Source: Octopus vulgaris
Taxonomy: Eukaryota
Assembly: GCA_951406725.2 (NCBI GenBank)
Contig: OX597833.1
Coordinates: 48,918,001-48,982,000 of the forward strand
Direction of reading: 5' to 3'
DNA: 64,000 bases
The number at the start of each line of letters is the position of its first letter. Position 1 is the first letter of the stretch. The notes below the pieces were generated by a model. The model was not told the DNA's origin. It worked only from the letters and a program-made list of their open reading frames with translations, and did not search any database. Positions 28,600 to 40,948 of the stretch are shown here, in pieces. Position numbers and translations under genes: made by a program.

Positions 28600-30005
28600 A
28601 GAATAGCATTGTAATTTGCTTGAAGCATTGTGATACAAAAGTAAAATAACAAATAATGAAGGATAGCTTCATCATTTGGAGAGCTTCTAATAAAGAATAA
28701 AGGGAAATTTGAGTAACCTTTGTATTTTTCAGGCACAAAGGCCCATCATCGGAAGTGAATGGTTTAAACATGTGAGAGTTTATGTAAATCCTGCCATTCT
28801 GATTGTCAAACAAACTGTGACCCCGCTTTGCCCAGCAAACGTGAAGGAAGCAGAAGTTTCCCCCAAATGGTGTTGTTATTAGCTGTAGAGGTCATAGTGG
28901 GGCTGGTGGTGTATGGCTAGACATAGGCTGTCAATAGTGGCAGTGGTAAAGAAATCTGTGTACATTGGTACAGGTGGCAATGTTTGTTCCTTCTCGAGCC
29001 ATGTCTGGCTCATAAGGGCTGGTTTCCCAGTTTCCTTGGTGTATAGGTCCCCCACCTGGACGGGACGCCGGTCCGTCGCAGGTGAGCTGCAAGATGCAGG
29101 AGGAAAGAGTGAGAGAAGGTTGTGGTGAAAGAGTCAGCAGAAGTTCGCCATTACCTTCTGCCGGAGCCGCGTGGAGCTTAGGTGTTTTGCTCATAAACAC
29201 ACACATTGCCCGATCTGAGATTTGAACATGCGATCCCTTGAGCGCGAGTCCACTGATCTAGCCTATTTCTTTATTACCCACAAGGGGCTAAACACAGAGG
29301 GGACAAACAAGGACAGACATAGGTATTAAGTCGATTACATCGACTTCAGTGCGTAACTGGTACTTAATTTATCGACCCCGAAAGGATGAAAGGCAAAGTC
29401 GACCTCGGTGGAATTTGAACTCACAACGTAATGCAGACGAAATACCACTAAGCATTTCGCTCGGCGTGCTAACGTTTCTGCCAGCTCACCGCCTTAAAGT
29501 CCGCTGATCTAACCGCTAGGCCATGTGCCTCCACACAGGTGGCAATGGTGGTATATGTCATGGTATTAGCTAGTGATGGCATTTCTGGTACAAGTCCTGC
29601 TAGTAGCTAGTGATAAGATACTAGCAGGCAACAGTACCAATCATTGTTGTAGTGGTGATGATGCTGGCTGTGGCAGCAGTGAAGTTGAGGAACAATAGGC
29701 AATTTATAGGTGCTGCTGGTCAAACTCTCGTTCATTATTGATCTTCAGGTTATGCTAGTGAATTGACAGGGATTCCTTGATGTGGAGGTTTCCTATATTT
29801 CTCTCCATGGCCAGTATGGGAGAATCTATATCACTGGTGGTGCCACATTTAAGGATGTGTTTGTGGAAGGAATTTGCATGTGCTGTCAGGTATTCCTTCA
29901 TTTTGATGATGAATGTTTGGATTGTACTACTGGCGAAGCAATCATTGCATAATTAGTAGGTCACAGCATAATTGGCATATGCTTGTGCTGAGGATAAGAG
30001 AGTTC
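28600..30005 (-). mobile_element. Penelope-like element 3' remnant (GIY-YIG fragment ~29720-30000 and downstream region), interrupted by SINEs
   Basis: Minus-strand translation SSTIQTFIIKMKEYLTAHANSFHKHILKC...ILAMERNIGNLHIKESLSIH*HNLKIN resembles the PLE GIY-YIG C-terminal half; degenerate hammerhead at ~28715-28757. Confidence 0.6.
28985..29534 (-). mobile_element. SINE family B variant with a nested family D SINE (29261-29497)
   Basis: Related to 49894-50200; nested SINE has 14-bp TSD AGTCC(A/G)CTGATCTA (29247-29260, 29498-29511). Confidence 0.85.
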
Positions 30006-30038
30006 ATTAAAATTGGTATCAAAATGTTCCAGGACTAG

Positions 30039-30480
30039 TCTATATATATAAAAGAGGCATTGGGTCAAAATTGTGTGCACATTTTGCTATGTCAGAGGTT
30101 GGCAGCTTAACCAGTGGTTGGATCGAGCTGAAAATTGACACAGACATAGAAGGCATGATGAGGCAGAGAGTTGAGTAGGTTAAAACTCACCATCTGAAAA
30201 GATGCGGTTGCTATGGTGTGAAGAGTGAGTTTTGCGTAAATTGGAGCAGTAGTTATTGAGATATTCGGGGTTTGGGATATAAATACCCAAACGGTGCATA
30301 ATGGGAAAATGATCTGAATTTAACTTCATCCTGAAAGGGAAGAAACTCTAACATTTCGATGCCACATTTGTTGAAAGCATGTGAAATAACATGAAAAAGA
30401 AAAAAACCCATGAAACAAAGCTCTATTGCTGGGAAACTAAGAGGTTTCCCAGTCACCCAATGGGTCATGGGTAACCTAAG
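30039..30480 (+). mobile_element. Probable non-autonomous Helitron
   Basis: Starts TCTATATATATAAAA; GC-rich hairpin then CTAAG at the 3' end; no TSD; splits the mariner end (GGACTAG|TTTTAAT). Confidence 0.5.
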
Positions 30481-32358
30481 TTTTAATATTATCTCTTTCA
30501 AAATAGCCTCCTTGCACAGCAATACACTGGTTTCGGCATTCCTGCCACTTTTGGAATCCAGCCTGGAAGTTGTTTTCTATAAGTGAGTCGAGGACCTTCA
30601 GCAATTTGCTCTTGATCTCAACAATAATGTTAAGACAGTGACCTTTGAGCTGCATTTTCATCTTGGGGAACAGATAAAGTCTGCAGGTGCTAAATATGGT
30701 GAATAGGGTGGGTGCGGGAGTGATACCATGTTGTTTTTTGGTGAGAAATTCATGAGTGAGGAGATCTTGGGGACAGGGTGTACTTTAGAAGGTATGAAGA
30801 AATTTTCAGGGAAGATTGCAAGTCGTGGATGGATAACGAAAAAATAAGACTATTATTATGTAAATTGGTACTGGCTGAACATGAAAATTATTGTAATTTC
30901 ATACTATCCCAAAAAACTAGTGAAATTTGTTTCCAGAAAACAGTTGAACTACTATAAAGAATATTCAATGATAAGAGTTCCCTATTTAACACTTGATGGG
31001 AGTATTGGAATCTAGTTAAAAAAGAGGGTGGCAACTTTGTTACGTATGCTGGGACTGTAAACTGAATGTGAAAAATGTTTAAAATGAAGGAAATAACTCT
31101 TGATATGTTTAAGTGTCTTATTTTTGAACAAGGGCTTATGGCAAACAAAGATGTGGAGATATGTGCAAGAATTCTCACAAAACTTGAACAAGTGGACTAA
31201 AGTTTGACTCTGCAGACAGTTGCAGAGGAGTATCAAAGAATGGTAAATTTACATTAGGACATAAAGAAAATTGAAGAGAAGGAGTTCTCACAAGTACAAG
31301 CATGTTGACTGGAAAGGTATAGGCAAAAAAAAAAATGTTAAAACCAAACGCATGCTATGGATGTGGAGCCCTACATTCCAAGAAGGATTGTCCTTTCCAA
31401 ACGCAAAAAATGTTACAGTAGCCAAAAAATAGGACTCAAGAGCTCACATTGCAGAGCAAAGTTAGGAAGGTTGAACATAAAAAAAATTCTAAAGTTTTCT
31501 CAATGGAAAGTAGAAGCAACACCAAAAAGAGGAAATTTGTACATGTAAAAGTAAATGAAGTGAATATTAAATTACAACTAGATACTGGTAGCGACACCTC
31601 GATTATTAATACTGACATGTGGAAAAGAATTGGGAAGCCTATGTTAAGAAAATCCTCAAAAATTGCACGTGGTGTGACAGGTGAAAAACTACACTTCGTA
31701 GGTGAAATGTGGAAAAACCTGTAGAGCATATGTTTTCATGTTAAAAAACGCAACCAATCTGTTCAGTATGGACTGGTTGGAGTTGTTTGACTTATGAGAC
31801 CTCGCCCCATAAGTCTGTTCTGTAACAAAAAAAATAAATGGCTGTCCGACAAGTGAAAATAACTCAGCAGCTGAATTGAAGAAAAAATAAAAAAATTGTT
31901 TCTTGAAGTGCTGTTGGATAAATTGTCTCTGTTCTAAGACTGAGTCCTGTTTTCAAATAAAGGAAAACGTCATACCTGTGTTCAAACCTAATAGAAAGGT
32001 ACCATTTGTTGTGATAAAGCAGGTAGAGGAAAAATTAGACAGACTGGAGAAAATGGAAAGTATTCAAAGAGTAGACTAGTCTAAGTGGATAGCACCAACT
32101 GTGTGTATTAAAAAAAAAAAAAAAAAACAAAATCAGGGTATGCGCCGATTTTTTACTGGTTTGAATGACTGACTAAAAATGTGCCACTATCCACTGCCTA
32201 CTCTGGAGGATATTTTTGCAAAATTAAATGGTGGCAAAAACTGGATCTGTCTAATGCATATCTACAAATTAAAGTAGATGAGGAATGCTCAAAGCTTCTA
32301 ACAGTGAATATGCACAGAGGACTATACAAACATAATAGACTGTCAGTTGGTCAGAAGG

Positions 32359-32726
32359 AAGTGTCCCCAAAGTCCATCCCCTCCTTACCGTGGTGGAGAC
32401 GCTGGCAACGGGTAGTGTCAGAGCTATGCTGTTGGGAACTTCGGTTCCTGGTAGGGCCATCCAAGGTGGATTGGTCTGACACTGAATGGTATTAGGGCCA
32501 CAAACCGGCAGACAGGGCTCTGGTGAAATCCTCGGAGTGTCTGCTTCGGCAACTGGTGGCTCCACGGTTGTTCTGTCCCTGCATCTGCAGACAATCTGTG
32601 GCAAACAGGATGTCTCCACATGCAGGATTGTTGGGGACCGCTTGTGAAATTCATATACCCACAAAACTTCTTCCATGAATAGAAGAAGCCGACTCAACCC
32701 GCCCAGGGTGAATGTCGCTACAAGTA
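32359..32726 (+). mobile_element. Short insertion resembling an RTE 5' UTR, inside the Gypsy RT
   Basis: 6-bp TSD AGAAGG (32353-32358, 32727-32732); GAGCTATGC...CCTGGTAGGGCCA motif; removal restores NRLSVG.KVAPAIFQ. Confidence 0.6.
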
Positions 32727-33040
32727 AGAAGGTTGCACCTGCAATATTTCAACAGGTTATGGATGCAATTCCATACCTCGATGATGTATTAATTAGAAGT
32801 GAATCTCATGATCACCATATCAAACATGTGAAGTGTGTTTCTCAAAAAATAAGAGATTACGGTTTCACACTCTGTGAAGAGAAATGTGAATTCTTTTTGC
32901 CTAAAAGTAAATATTTAGGACAAATTATAGATAAAAATGGAAAATGACCTGACCTGTCAAGGGCAGATGCAATTAAAAATATACCTCACTCAACTAACAT
33001 AGCAACATTACAAACTTTTCTTGGTCTTGCAAACTATTAT

Positions 33041-33572
33041 TGGAGTACGGGATTCAAGCCTCTTCTCCTTATCTCCTCAAAGACATACATCATCTCAAAA
33101 GAGTCCAGAAGCTGGCTACCTGCATGGTTCTTGGTCTCAAGCATTTGTCTTATGAAGAAAGGCTGAAGACGCTCGACCTTTATTCTCTCGAAAAACGCCG
33201 CCACTGTGGTGATCTCATTCTCGCTCACAACATCATAAGCAGAAAGTGTAACCTCTCGAAAGAGCTGTTCTTCACGCCTGCTCCAGAGCGTGGGCTGTGG
33301 GGTCACTCCGAAAAGCTCTATCTATGATGATTTCATCTCAATCGAAGGAGAGGGGCTTTCTCCGTCCGGGTTGCGGACCCGTGGAATAAGCTGCTGGATG
33401 AGATAGTGAAGATGCTGATGACCGCTCGGTTCAAATTCTCTCTTGACCAGAAATGGCCTGAACTCTTTGTATGACCACCCTCCCTGTACGTAACTCCCTG
33501 TCCCCCTACATGGCCTTGCTTTTGCTTTTTGAGCCAATAAAAATTGAATTGAATTGAATTGAATTGAATTGA
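33041..33572 (+). mobile_element. CR1/L2-type LINE 3' end with (AATTG)n tail, inside Gypsy
   Basis: EYG.QA.SPY..KDI..L.RVQ..AT..V.GL..LSYEERLK.LDLYSLEKRR..GDLI; removal restores GLANYYQNYIPNM. Confidence 0.85.
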
Positions 33573-33930
33573 ATTATCAAAATTACATACCAAACATGTG
33601 TGAATCGAGAGCTCCTCTTAATTATTTGCTAAAGAAAGATGCTTAATGGCATTAGTCAAATAAATTGTCAAAAGGCATTTCAGGATATTAAAAAAATATA
33701 AATTTTGGCTTTGTGGCTGGCTCATTTCAATCCTGCAGCAGAGATTGTTGTAGCTTCTGATGCTCCTGAATAGAGCAAAGGAGCAGTTTTGCTACACAAA
33801 TATAAAGATGGTAATATGGAGGCAGTGGTTCATGTCTCATGTGCTCTGATTGCAGCAGAAAAAAACTATACTCAGATTGAGAAACAAGCTTTAGCGATTT
33901 TCATTGCCATGAAGAGATTTCACAGATTTC

Positions 33931-34340
33931 TAGGAGTGTCTGTGTGGTAAGTAGCTTGCTAAACAGCCACATGGTTCTGGGTTCAGTCCCACTGCGTGGC
34001 ATCTTGGGCAAGTGTCTTCTGCTATAGCCCTGGGCCGACCAATGCCTTGTGAGTGGATTTGGTAGACGGGAACTGAAAGAAGCCTGTCGTATATATGTAT
34101 ATATATATATGTATGTATGTGTGTATGTGTTTGTGTGTCTGTGTTTGTCCCCCTAGCATTGCTTGACAACCGATGCTGATGTGTTTACGTCCCCGTCACT
34201 TAGCGGTTCAGCAAAAAAGACTGATAGAATAAGTACTGGGCTTACAAAGAAGAAGTCCCGGGGCCGAGTTGCTCAACTAAAGGCGGTGCTCCAGCATGGC
34301 CGCAGTCAAATGACTGAAAAAAGTAAAAGAGTAAAAGAGT
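33931..34340 (+). mobile_element. SINE family A copy in Gypsy RNase H
   Basis: Forward copy interrupting FHRFL..RSFWLQTDH. Confidence 0.9.
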
Positions 34341-34625
34341 AGTAGAAGTTTTTGGCTTCAGACAGACCACTGACCGTTACTATAAATTTCCGGATTAAAG
34401 AAAGGATTTCCTACCCATGTGGGTAACAGATAACAATACTGGGGTACAATATTGTTAAATTATAACTTTAAGTTGGAGTACATTCCTTCTAAGAAAATTG
34501 GCCATGCAGATTGTTTATCTAGGCTAATTCTGAAGAATGCAGAACTGCTGGAAGATATGGTGATAGCTGCATTGCAATCAGGAAAGGAAATTAAAAACAT
34601 TATGTGTAATATCATTCAAGAGTGA

Positions 34626-35032
34626 CTCTTTACTCTTTACTCCTTTACTTGTTTCAATCATTTTGACTGTGGCCATGCTGGAGCACCACCTTTAGTTGAG
34701 CAAATCGACCCCAGGACTTATTCTTTGTAAGCCTAGTACTTATTCTATCGGTCTCTTTTGCCGAACCGCTAAGTTTCAGGGACGTAAACACACCAGCATC
34801 GATTGTCAAGCGATGTTGGGGGACAAACACAGACACACAAACATATACACATACATATATATATACATATATACGACGGGCTTCTTTCAGTTTCCGTCTA
34901 CCAAATCCACTCACAAGGCTTTGGTCGGCCTGAGGCTATAGTAGAAGACACTTGCCTAAGGTGCCACACAGTGGGACTGAACCCGGAACCATGTGGTTGG
35001 TAAGCAAGCTACTTATCACACAGCCACTCCTA
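34626..35032 (-). mobile_element. SINE family A copy in Gypsy pol
   Basis: Reverse copy, inverted relative to the 33931 copy ~290 bp away. Confidence 0.9.
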
Positions 35033-36744
35033 CTGTACAAGATATAAAAAGTAAATCGACGGTGGACAAATACATCATAAAAATGAAGGAAACCTTGAAA
35101 AATAAACAAATGAGAAACATGAATGTGAACCATTTTTCACTCTGCGACGATGTATCAACGTATGCACAAAGAGTGGAAGTACCAGCTGCACTACAGAAAC
35201 GGATCATCATCATCATCATCATCATCGTTTAGCGTCCGCTTTCCATGCTAGCATGGGTTGGACGGTGCAACTGGGGTCTGGGAAGCCAGAAGGCTGCACC
35301 AAGCCCAGTCTGATCTGGCAATGTTTCTATGGCTGGATGCCCTTCCTAACGCCAATTACATGAATTTCATAGTGGACACCTGGGGTATCAAGAATGAAAG
35401 CTTTGATGAGGAGTTATGTGTAATGACTGACAATGGACTGGGACATTGAAAATTTGGTAGAATCCTGTAGAGGTTGTGTGCTAGCAGCCAAAGCACCACC
35501 TGTGAAATACCAATCGTGGCCTGAGACAGATAGTCCATGGTCAAGGATACATATTGACTATGCCAGACCAGTGAATGGAAGTATGTAGGTGCAGTTAACC
35601 CATCTTGAAAGCAACAATAAAGTTCTTGCACAAACTTTTTGCCCAATATGGTGTTCTGGACACCATAGTATCAGACAATGGAACACAATTTACAGGATAC
35701 AAGTTCAAGAAATTCTGCGAAATGTTTGCAATCAAGCATGTTTATCCCACCCTACCACCCAAGATCTAATGGGCAAGCAAAATGTTTTGTAGATACTTTC
35801 AAGCGAGTGCTAAAAAAAACAAGGAATGAGTTAGGATATGATGAAGCGCTAATTAAATTCTTAAGGGTGTACAAAATAACACCTAATCTGAATCCCAGTT
35901 CAGGCAAGTCACCTGTAGAGCTATTGTTCTCTTGAAAGATTAAATTGATCTTTGACAAATCATTGCCAAAGAAAAGAGCATATAGAGAAAATACAAAGAA
36001 TTCAACTAAACATTTTGAGGTCAGAGATAAAGTCCATTTCAAAGTAAACAAGAATGGTAAAGAGAGTTGATAGTATGGTGTAGTGACTAAAAGAATTGGA
36101 AACATGGTGTATTTAACAAAAGGCCAATGATAGGAGCATAATCAACACCTAAATCAATTAAAGGTTAGACATACAGAAGAGCAGAAGGAAATCCCAATGG
36201 AAGTGTTTTACAACATGTTTGATGTGCCAGCACTGAAAGAGATTGAGCCTAGGAGCAGTAACAGAAAATATAAAGAGACTGAACATTCAGAAATAATTCC
36301 TAAACGGAAAAGGTACTGAACTCTCTAAGGAAGCAAAATTTCAAAAATGGAAAGGTGTCGGAAAGAAAGAAGAAAAAAAAAAAAAAAAATTTCGTTTTCT
36401 ATGGAAGTTGAAATTTCAAAAGGGGAGGTGTTGTAGTGAGAGTCATGACACCTCCTGCAAAAAAAGGCACTAGCAGTCTGAGTGAGATACAAACAGAGTA
36501 GTTGCTAATTGTGGGAAGTTGTAAGGTGTTGTTTTGGTATGTCCTCCCTCAGTGCTTCAAAATACTGTAGAACTCTCAGTTGATGGTTTGACCCTGGGGT
36601 AGGAATTCTCGATGCACAGTACCACATTTCCAGGGGCGACACTTATGGGAAGTCTTCCAGATCGCTCATTGCTTTCCAGGGATGCTCTTCCACTTTTGAA
36701 GAGCCTGTGTCACTTGAAACACTGCGTATGACCCATTGTTTCAT

Positions 36745-37262
36745 CACCTGGGTATGGCCTGGTCAGCCTGTAATGACATGCATAAGATCTGGTCATCAAA
36801 TCTAAGTAGAGACTTCAAACTTGAAATCTTCAAAGCCACAGTCTAACCAATTCTACTATATAGCTCAGAAACCTGGACGTTATAAAAGAAGCTTGAGAGG
36901 CGGTTGGATGGAACCTACACTGGCCTCCTTATGAGAGCCCAAAATCTCTCGTGGAAGCATCATCCAACCAAAATGCAAATATATGGGAAACTACCACCTG
37001 TGTCATCTCTTGTGAAAGGTAGGAGAGTCCAGTTTGCTGGACATTGTTGTAGAGCTGAAAACGAGGCAATTTCTACTCTTCTCTTCTGGAAGCCATCTAC
37101 TCGCAAAACCAGAAGGCGCACTCTCCCCTACCCTGATGTAATCTCCAGGGATACAGGCATCCAGCAACAGGACCTCCATAATGCTATGATGGACTGTGAA
37201 GTCTGGCGTAGCATGGTAAATTCCATTGTCTCGACCACGGTCAAACAACAATAATGATAATA
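36745..37262 (+). mobile_element. RTE/RTE-X LINE 3' fragment inserted in the mariner
   Basis: ILLYSSETWTL...RLDGTYT.LLMRAQNLSW...RRVQFAGHC.R; (AAT/GAT) tail. Confidence 0.8.
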
Positions 37263-37579
37263 ATGCTTCATCACCATAAGCTTGCCAAAGCATGCTCATT
37301 GTCTTTGTAACAGACTTCCCAAGTTTAACGCAAAATTTTGTGTTGGCTCTTTCTTCCTGTCCATGACAAAAATCGCAGACTACAGCATACATGTGATCAC
37401 AAAAACACAAATTTCACAACTTGCAAAGTAAACACAGCACTGTCACTTGGTACACTGCCACATGAAGGTCATTGCTAGCTCTCACTGTGCACGTAGCCCT
37501 GTGCTACGATGTTGGCATGGTACAGAATTAGTCCAGGAAATTTGTGTGCGTGTATGTGTGTGTGTGTATATATATATAT

Positions 37580-37644
<65 letters not shown>

Positions 37645-37775
37645 CACACACACACACACACACGTATATATACATAATTAATAATATCAGAGTAATAAAG
37701 ATTTTAGAAAATTTTACTACCAGTGGCCTAGCGTATAGAAAAAATTAGTCAATAGACTATATATTATTCATATAA

Positions 37776-37984
37776 AATACAATGTACATTTAAACACATT
37801 AAGAGGTTTCCATCATAGGAATCATTTATGCTAGAAAGAACAGCTAAAGTCCAAACCACTAATTAGGGATAAATTCTTGAAAGGAATTTATCTCTAATTA
37901 GTGGTTTGGACTTCAGCTGTTCTTTCTAGCGTAAAGGATTCCTATGATGGAAACCTCTTAATGTATTTAAATGTACACTGTATT
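37776..37984. repeat. Long near-perfect palindrome (~100-bp arms, tiny loop)
   Basis: Arms reverse-complementary with scattered mismatches; centre ~37877-37883. Confidence 0.9.
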
Positions 37985-38006
37985 ATATATATATATATAG
38001 ATAGGC

Positions 38007-38041
<35 letters not shown>

Positions 38042-38159
38042 TAGATAGATAGATAAATATAGATATAAGATGCACTGGAATGTGTGACAATACCAAAAGA
38101 TTTGGGTACTGTAGATAAGTTCTGCATTCCACTGCTGTTTGATGTACTGTGACAATAAC

Positions 38160-38545
38160 CATCATAACTACAGATAGTCTAGTTTGTGGAGTTTGTGTCA
38201 TATAAAAGGAACACAGAAAGCATAACTGATATTTATGCTATATGTAGTGTACACTTTTCAGTAAGCCAACTACCATAATTACACAAGCTGGTAGGCTCCA
38301 TTATGTACTTGACTCACTTCATCAGTATTATAAGCAAAACTATAATAATAAAGTTGCAGGCACTGTATGCAAATAAGTACCATTAGATTATTAGAGCAGA
38401 ATAGTAGAATATATGATGAAAGAAGGCGAGCAAGAATGCATGAGAGAGGTGTGTGATGGGGTGGAGAAAGGGAGGCTATAATGGCCATACCTCCCAATAT
38501 ATGCTCTGGTGGACCCATATGTAATCATGTATTTTTACATAAGCA
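38160..38545 (-). mobile_element. Short repeat with a long-stem-II hammerhead-like motif; second copy 41430-41895
   Basis: Two highly similar copies; the second has an internal ~85-bp direct repeat (41436-41521 vs 41687-41771). Confidence 0.7.
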
Positions 38546-38671
38546 CACATACACAAATGTGGTAGGCAGAAAAGAGGAGAGAGAGAGAGAGTAACAGATT
38601 TAAGGTAATGTATTATCAATAGTAAAAACAATAGCAACAAATAATAATAACATAAAAATAATAGAGAGTGA

Positions 38672-38719
<48 letters not shown>

Positions 38720-39389
38720 GTAAGAAAGTACTGGCTGAAATGAAGAGGAGTTAGAAAAGTAATGAAAGTATGAAAACAAAGGATAAAAGCAAAAGCTGCC
38801 AAGATGAAGAAAATACAACATAATTGAACAAAATAAACAAAATATATTGTTTGAAACAGATCAAAGTAGACTTTACAAGGAACTAAATGGAGATGTTGCA
38901 GTGAATGTACCACCTAACAAAGAAGAGACAAAGGAATTCTGGAGAAGCATTTGGAGCCACAAAACGAAATACAATGGCAATGCAGAATGGTTAAAAAAGA
39001 TAAAGGCAAATAATGCAGATTTTACCAAAACAAAGGAACGTAGAGATCACAGGAGAAAAATTGAAAAAATGTTTTGAAAGGGATGCTAACCAAGCTGGAA
39101 ATCCCCTGAATCAGATTGGGTCCAGGGATCTTAGCTAAGAAATTTCACTGCACTTCTTGATAGAATGAGTACACAACTAAATAATTGTATTGAGGCGGGT
39201 GATGTTCCTGAATGGATGACAAAAAGCAGGACACTTGTTGATAATGAAAGATCAAAAGAAAGGAAAATACAAGTAACTACCAACTAATAATTTGCCTTCC
39301 ACCTGCTAACAGGTGTTATTGCAAAGGATATGTACAAATATCTTGAGGAGGGAGATCTACTGCCAAAAGAATAGAAAAGTTCTAAAGAG

Positions 39390-39575
39390 ACAAATGCCCT
39401 AATATATATAGGTCCACAAGTCAAAAGACAAATGCCCTAATATATATAGGTCCACAAGTCAAAAACAAATGCCCTAATATATATAGGTAAACAAGTCAAA
39501 AACAAATGCCCTAATATATATAGGTCAACAAAGTCAAAATACAAATGCCCTAATATATATAGGTCAACAAGTCAA
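39390..39575 (+). repeat. Minisatellite, 5 x 37-39 bp, in the LINE RT region
   Basis: ACAAATGCCCTAATATATATAGGTC.ACAAGTCAAA starting at 39390, 39428, 39465, 39502, 39541. Confidence 0.95.
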
Positions 39576-40245
39576 GCAGAAATAAAAACTGAGCAACTGT
39601 TTGGAGTGATTACCACACTCATGGATTCAAGAATGCCTCAGTATACTTGGGATAGCTGAGAATGTTGTTCAGCTCTTAAAAGGCAGTATGCCAAAATGGA
39701 AAACTATATGAACTTCAGGCCAAGATAAGTTAGGTGAAGTCAACATAAAAAGGGGAATATTCCAAGGTGACACATTCTCTCCACTGCTATTTGTAGTTGC
39801 TCTTATTTCTCTTCTTTAACATTCAGCTTGAGAGAGAGAGGTTAAATCATGCAATGAATTCAGCAGTGGTGAGAAAATAAACCACTTCCTGTGTTTAAGA
39901 ATGACCTGAAATTATTTTGCCAAAATTAAGAAACCTTTGAGAAACATTGGTTCAAATTGTTACGATTGTAAATGATGACATAGGCCTGAATTTTGAAATA
40001 GATAAATGTGCAGTTCTGGTAATAAAAAGGAGAAAAATATGCAAGTCAGAAGTGATTAAACTCCCAGAAGAGACATCAATCAGAGCAATGGATGAGGTTG
40101 ACAGTTACAAATACCTTGGTGTATTGGAGTTTGATAGAATTCTTTGTCAAGATGTGAAGAAGGAGGTGAGAAATGAATATCTCAGGAGAGTGAAAAAGGT
40201 GCTAAGCTGAAAACTAAATGGAGCTAAAAGCATTACTGCAGTAAA

Positions 40246-40634
40246 GTGGAGGCGCAATGGCCCAGTGGTTAGGGCAGCGGACTCGCGGTCATAGGATCGC
40301 GGTTTCGATTCCCAGACCGGGCGTTGTGAGTGTTTATTGAGCGAAAACACCTAAAGTTTCACGAGGCTCCGGCAGGGGATGGGGGTGATCTCTGCTGTAC
40401 TCTTTCACCACAACTTTCTCTCACTCTTACTTCCTGTTTCTGTTGTACCTGTATTTCAAAGGGCCGGCCTTGTCACTCTCTGTGTCACGCTGAATATCCC
40501 CGAGAACTATGTTAAGGGTATATGTGTCTGTGGAGTGCTCAGCCACTTACACGTTAATTTCACAAGCAGGCTGTTCCGTTGATTCGAATCAACCGCAACC
40601 CTCATCGTCGTAACTGACGAAGTGCTTCCACTCC
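40246..40634 (+). mobile_element. SINE family B (tRNA-like head), full length
   Basis: A-box TGGCCCAGTGG, B-box GTTTCGATTCC; 11-bp TSD ACTGCAGTAAA (40235-40245, 40635-40645). Confidence 0.92.
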
Positions 40635-40747
40635 ACTGCAGTAAACACATGAACAGTGTTTCTAATACAATATTCGGCTGCTTTTCTGAACTGGCCTAAG
40701 GAAGAACTAAGAAACATAGGCTGTGAAATCAGAAAGACATCCTAGAG

Positions 40748-40948
40748 CAGTGGTTTTCAACCAGGGTTCCGCCAGTACAGTCCAGGGGTTCTGCAAGAAG
40801 TTACAAAACGGCTAAAATCGGCAGTAATTTTTAATTCTCCTGTGCAGATATGTGTGCATAAGACTATTAAATTATTGCACAGGGGTTCCTCGAGCCAGTG
40901 AAATGTTTCCTTGGGGTTGTGCTCCAGCAAAAAGGTTGAAAAGCACTG
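40748..40948. mobile_element. hAT MITE
   Basis: TIR CAGTGGTTTTCAACC / GGTTGAAAAGCACTG; 8-bp TSD TCCTAGAG. Confidence 0.92.

Larger units (their letters stand above)
30780..36530 (+). mobile_element. Decayed Ty3/Gypsy LTR retrotransposon (gag, protease, RT, RNase H, integrase, PPT, partial 3' LTR)
   Basis: LQLDTGSDTSII protease; LDLSNAYLQI and APAIFQQVMD..PYLDDVLI RT; VASDA and YTQIEKQALAI RNase H; PPYHPRSNGQA integrase; AAGGGGAGG PPT then TGTTG at 36429. Confidence 0.9.
30011..37545 (-). mobile_element. Single internally deleted mariner split into pieces (37263-37545, 36535-36745, 30481-30770, TIR ~30015-30038)
   Basis: Colinear on minus strand: EERANTKFCVKLGKS..T.SML.QAYGDEA; MGHTQCF..HRLFKSGR.SLE..ERSGR / VHREFLPQGQTIN; PHPPYSPYLAPADF..MKMQLKG...KWQECRNQCIAVQGGYFE. 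Similar CAAA..TTCC.GGACTA ends in inverted orientation. Confidence 0.8.

Noticed and set aside
30780-36320. Domesticated or active Gypsy gene
   Set aside because: Many stops, frameshifts and five insertions; no 5' LTR seen.
40246-40325. tRNA-like sequence (also 49894, 54416 and the family A heads)
   Set aside because: SINE heads continuous with SINE bodies; no convincing full cloverleaf.
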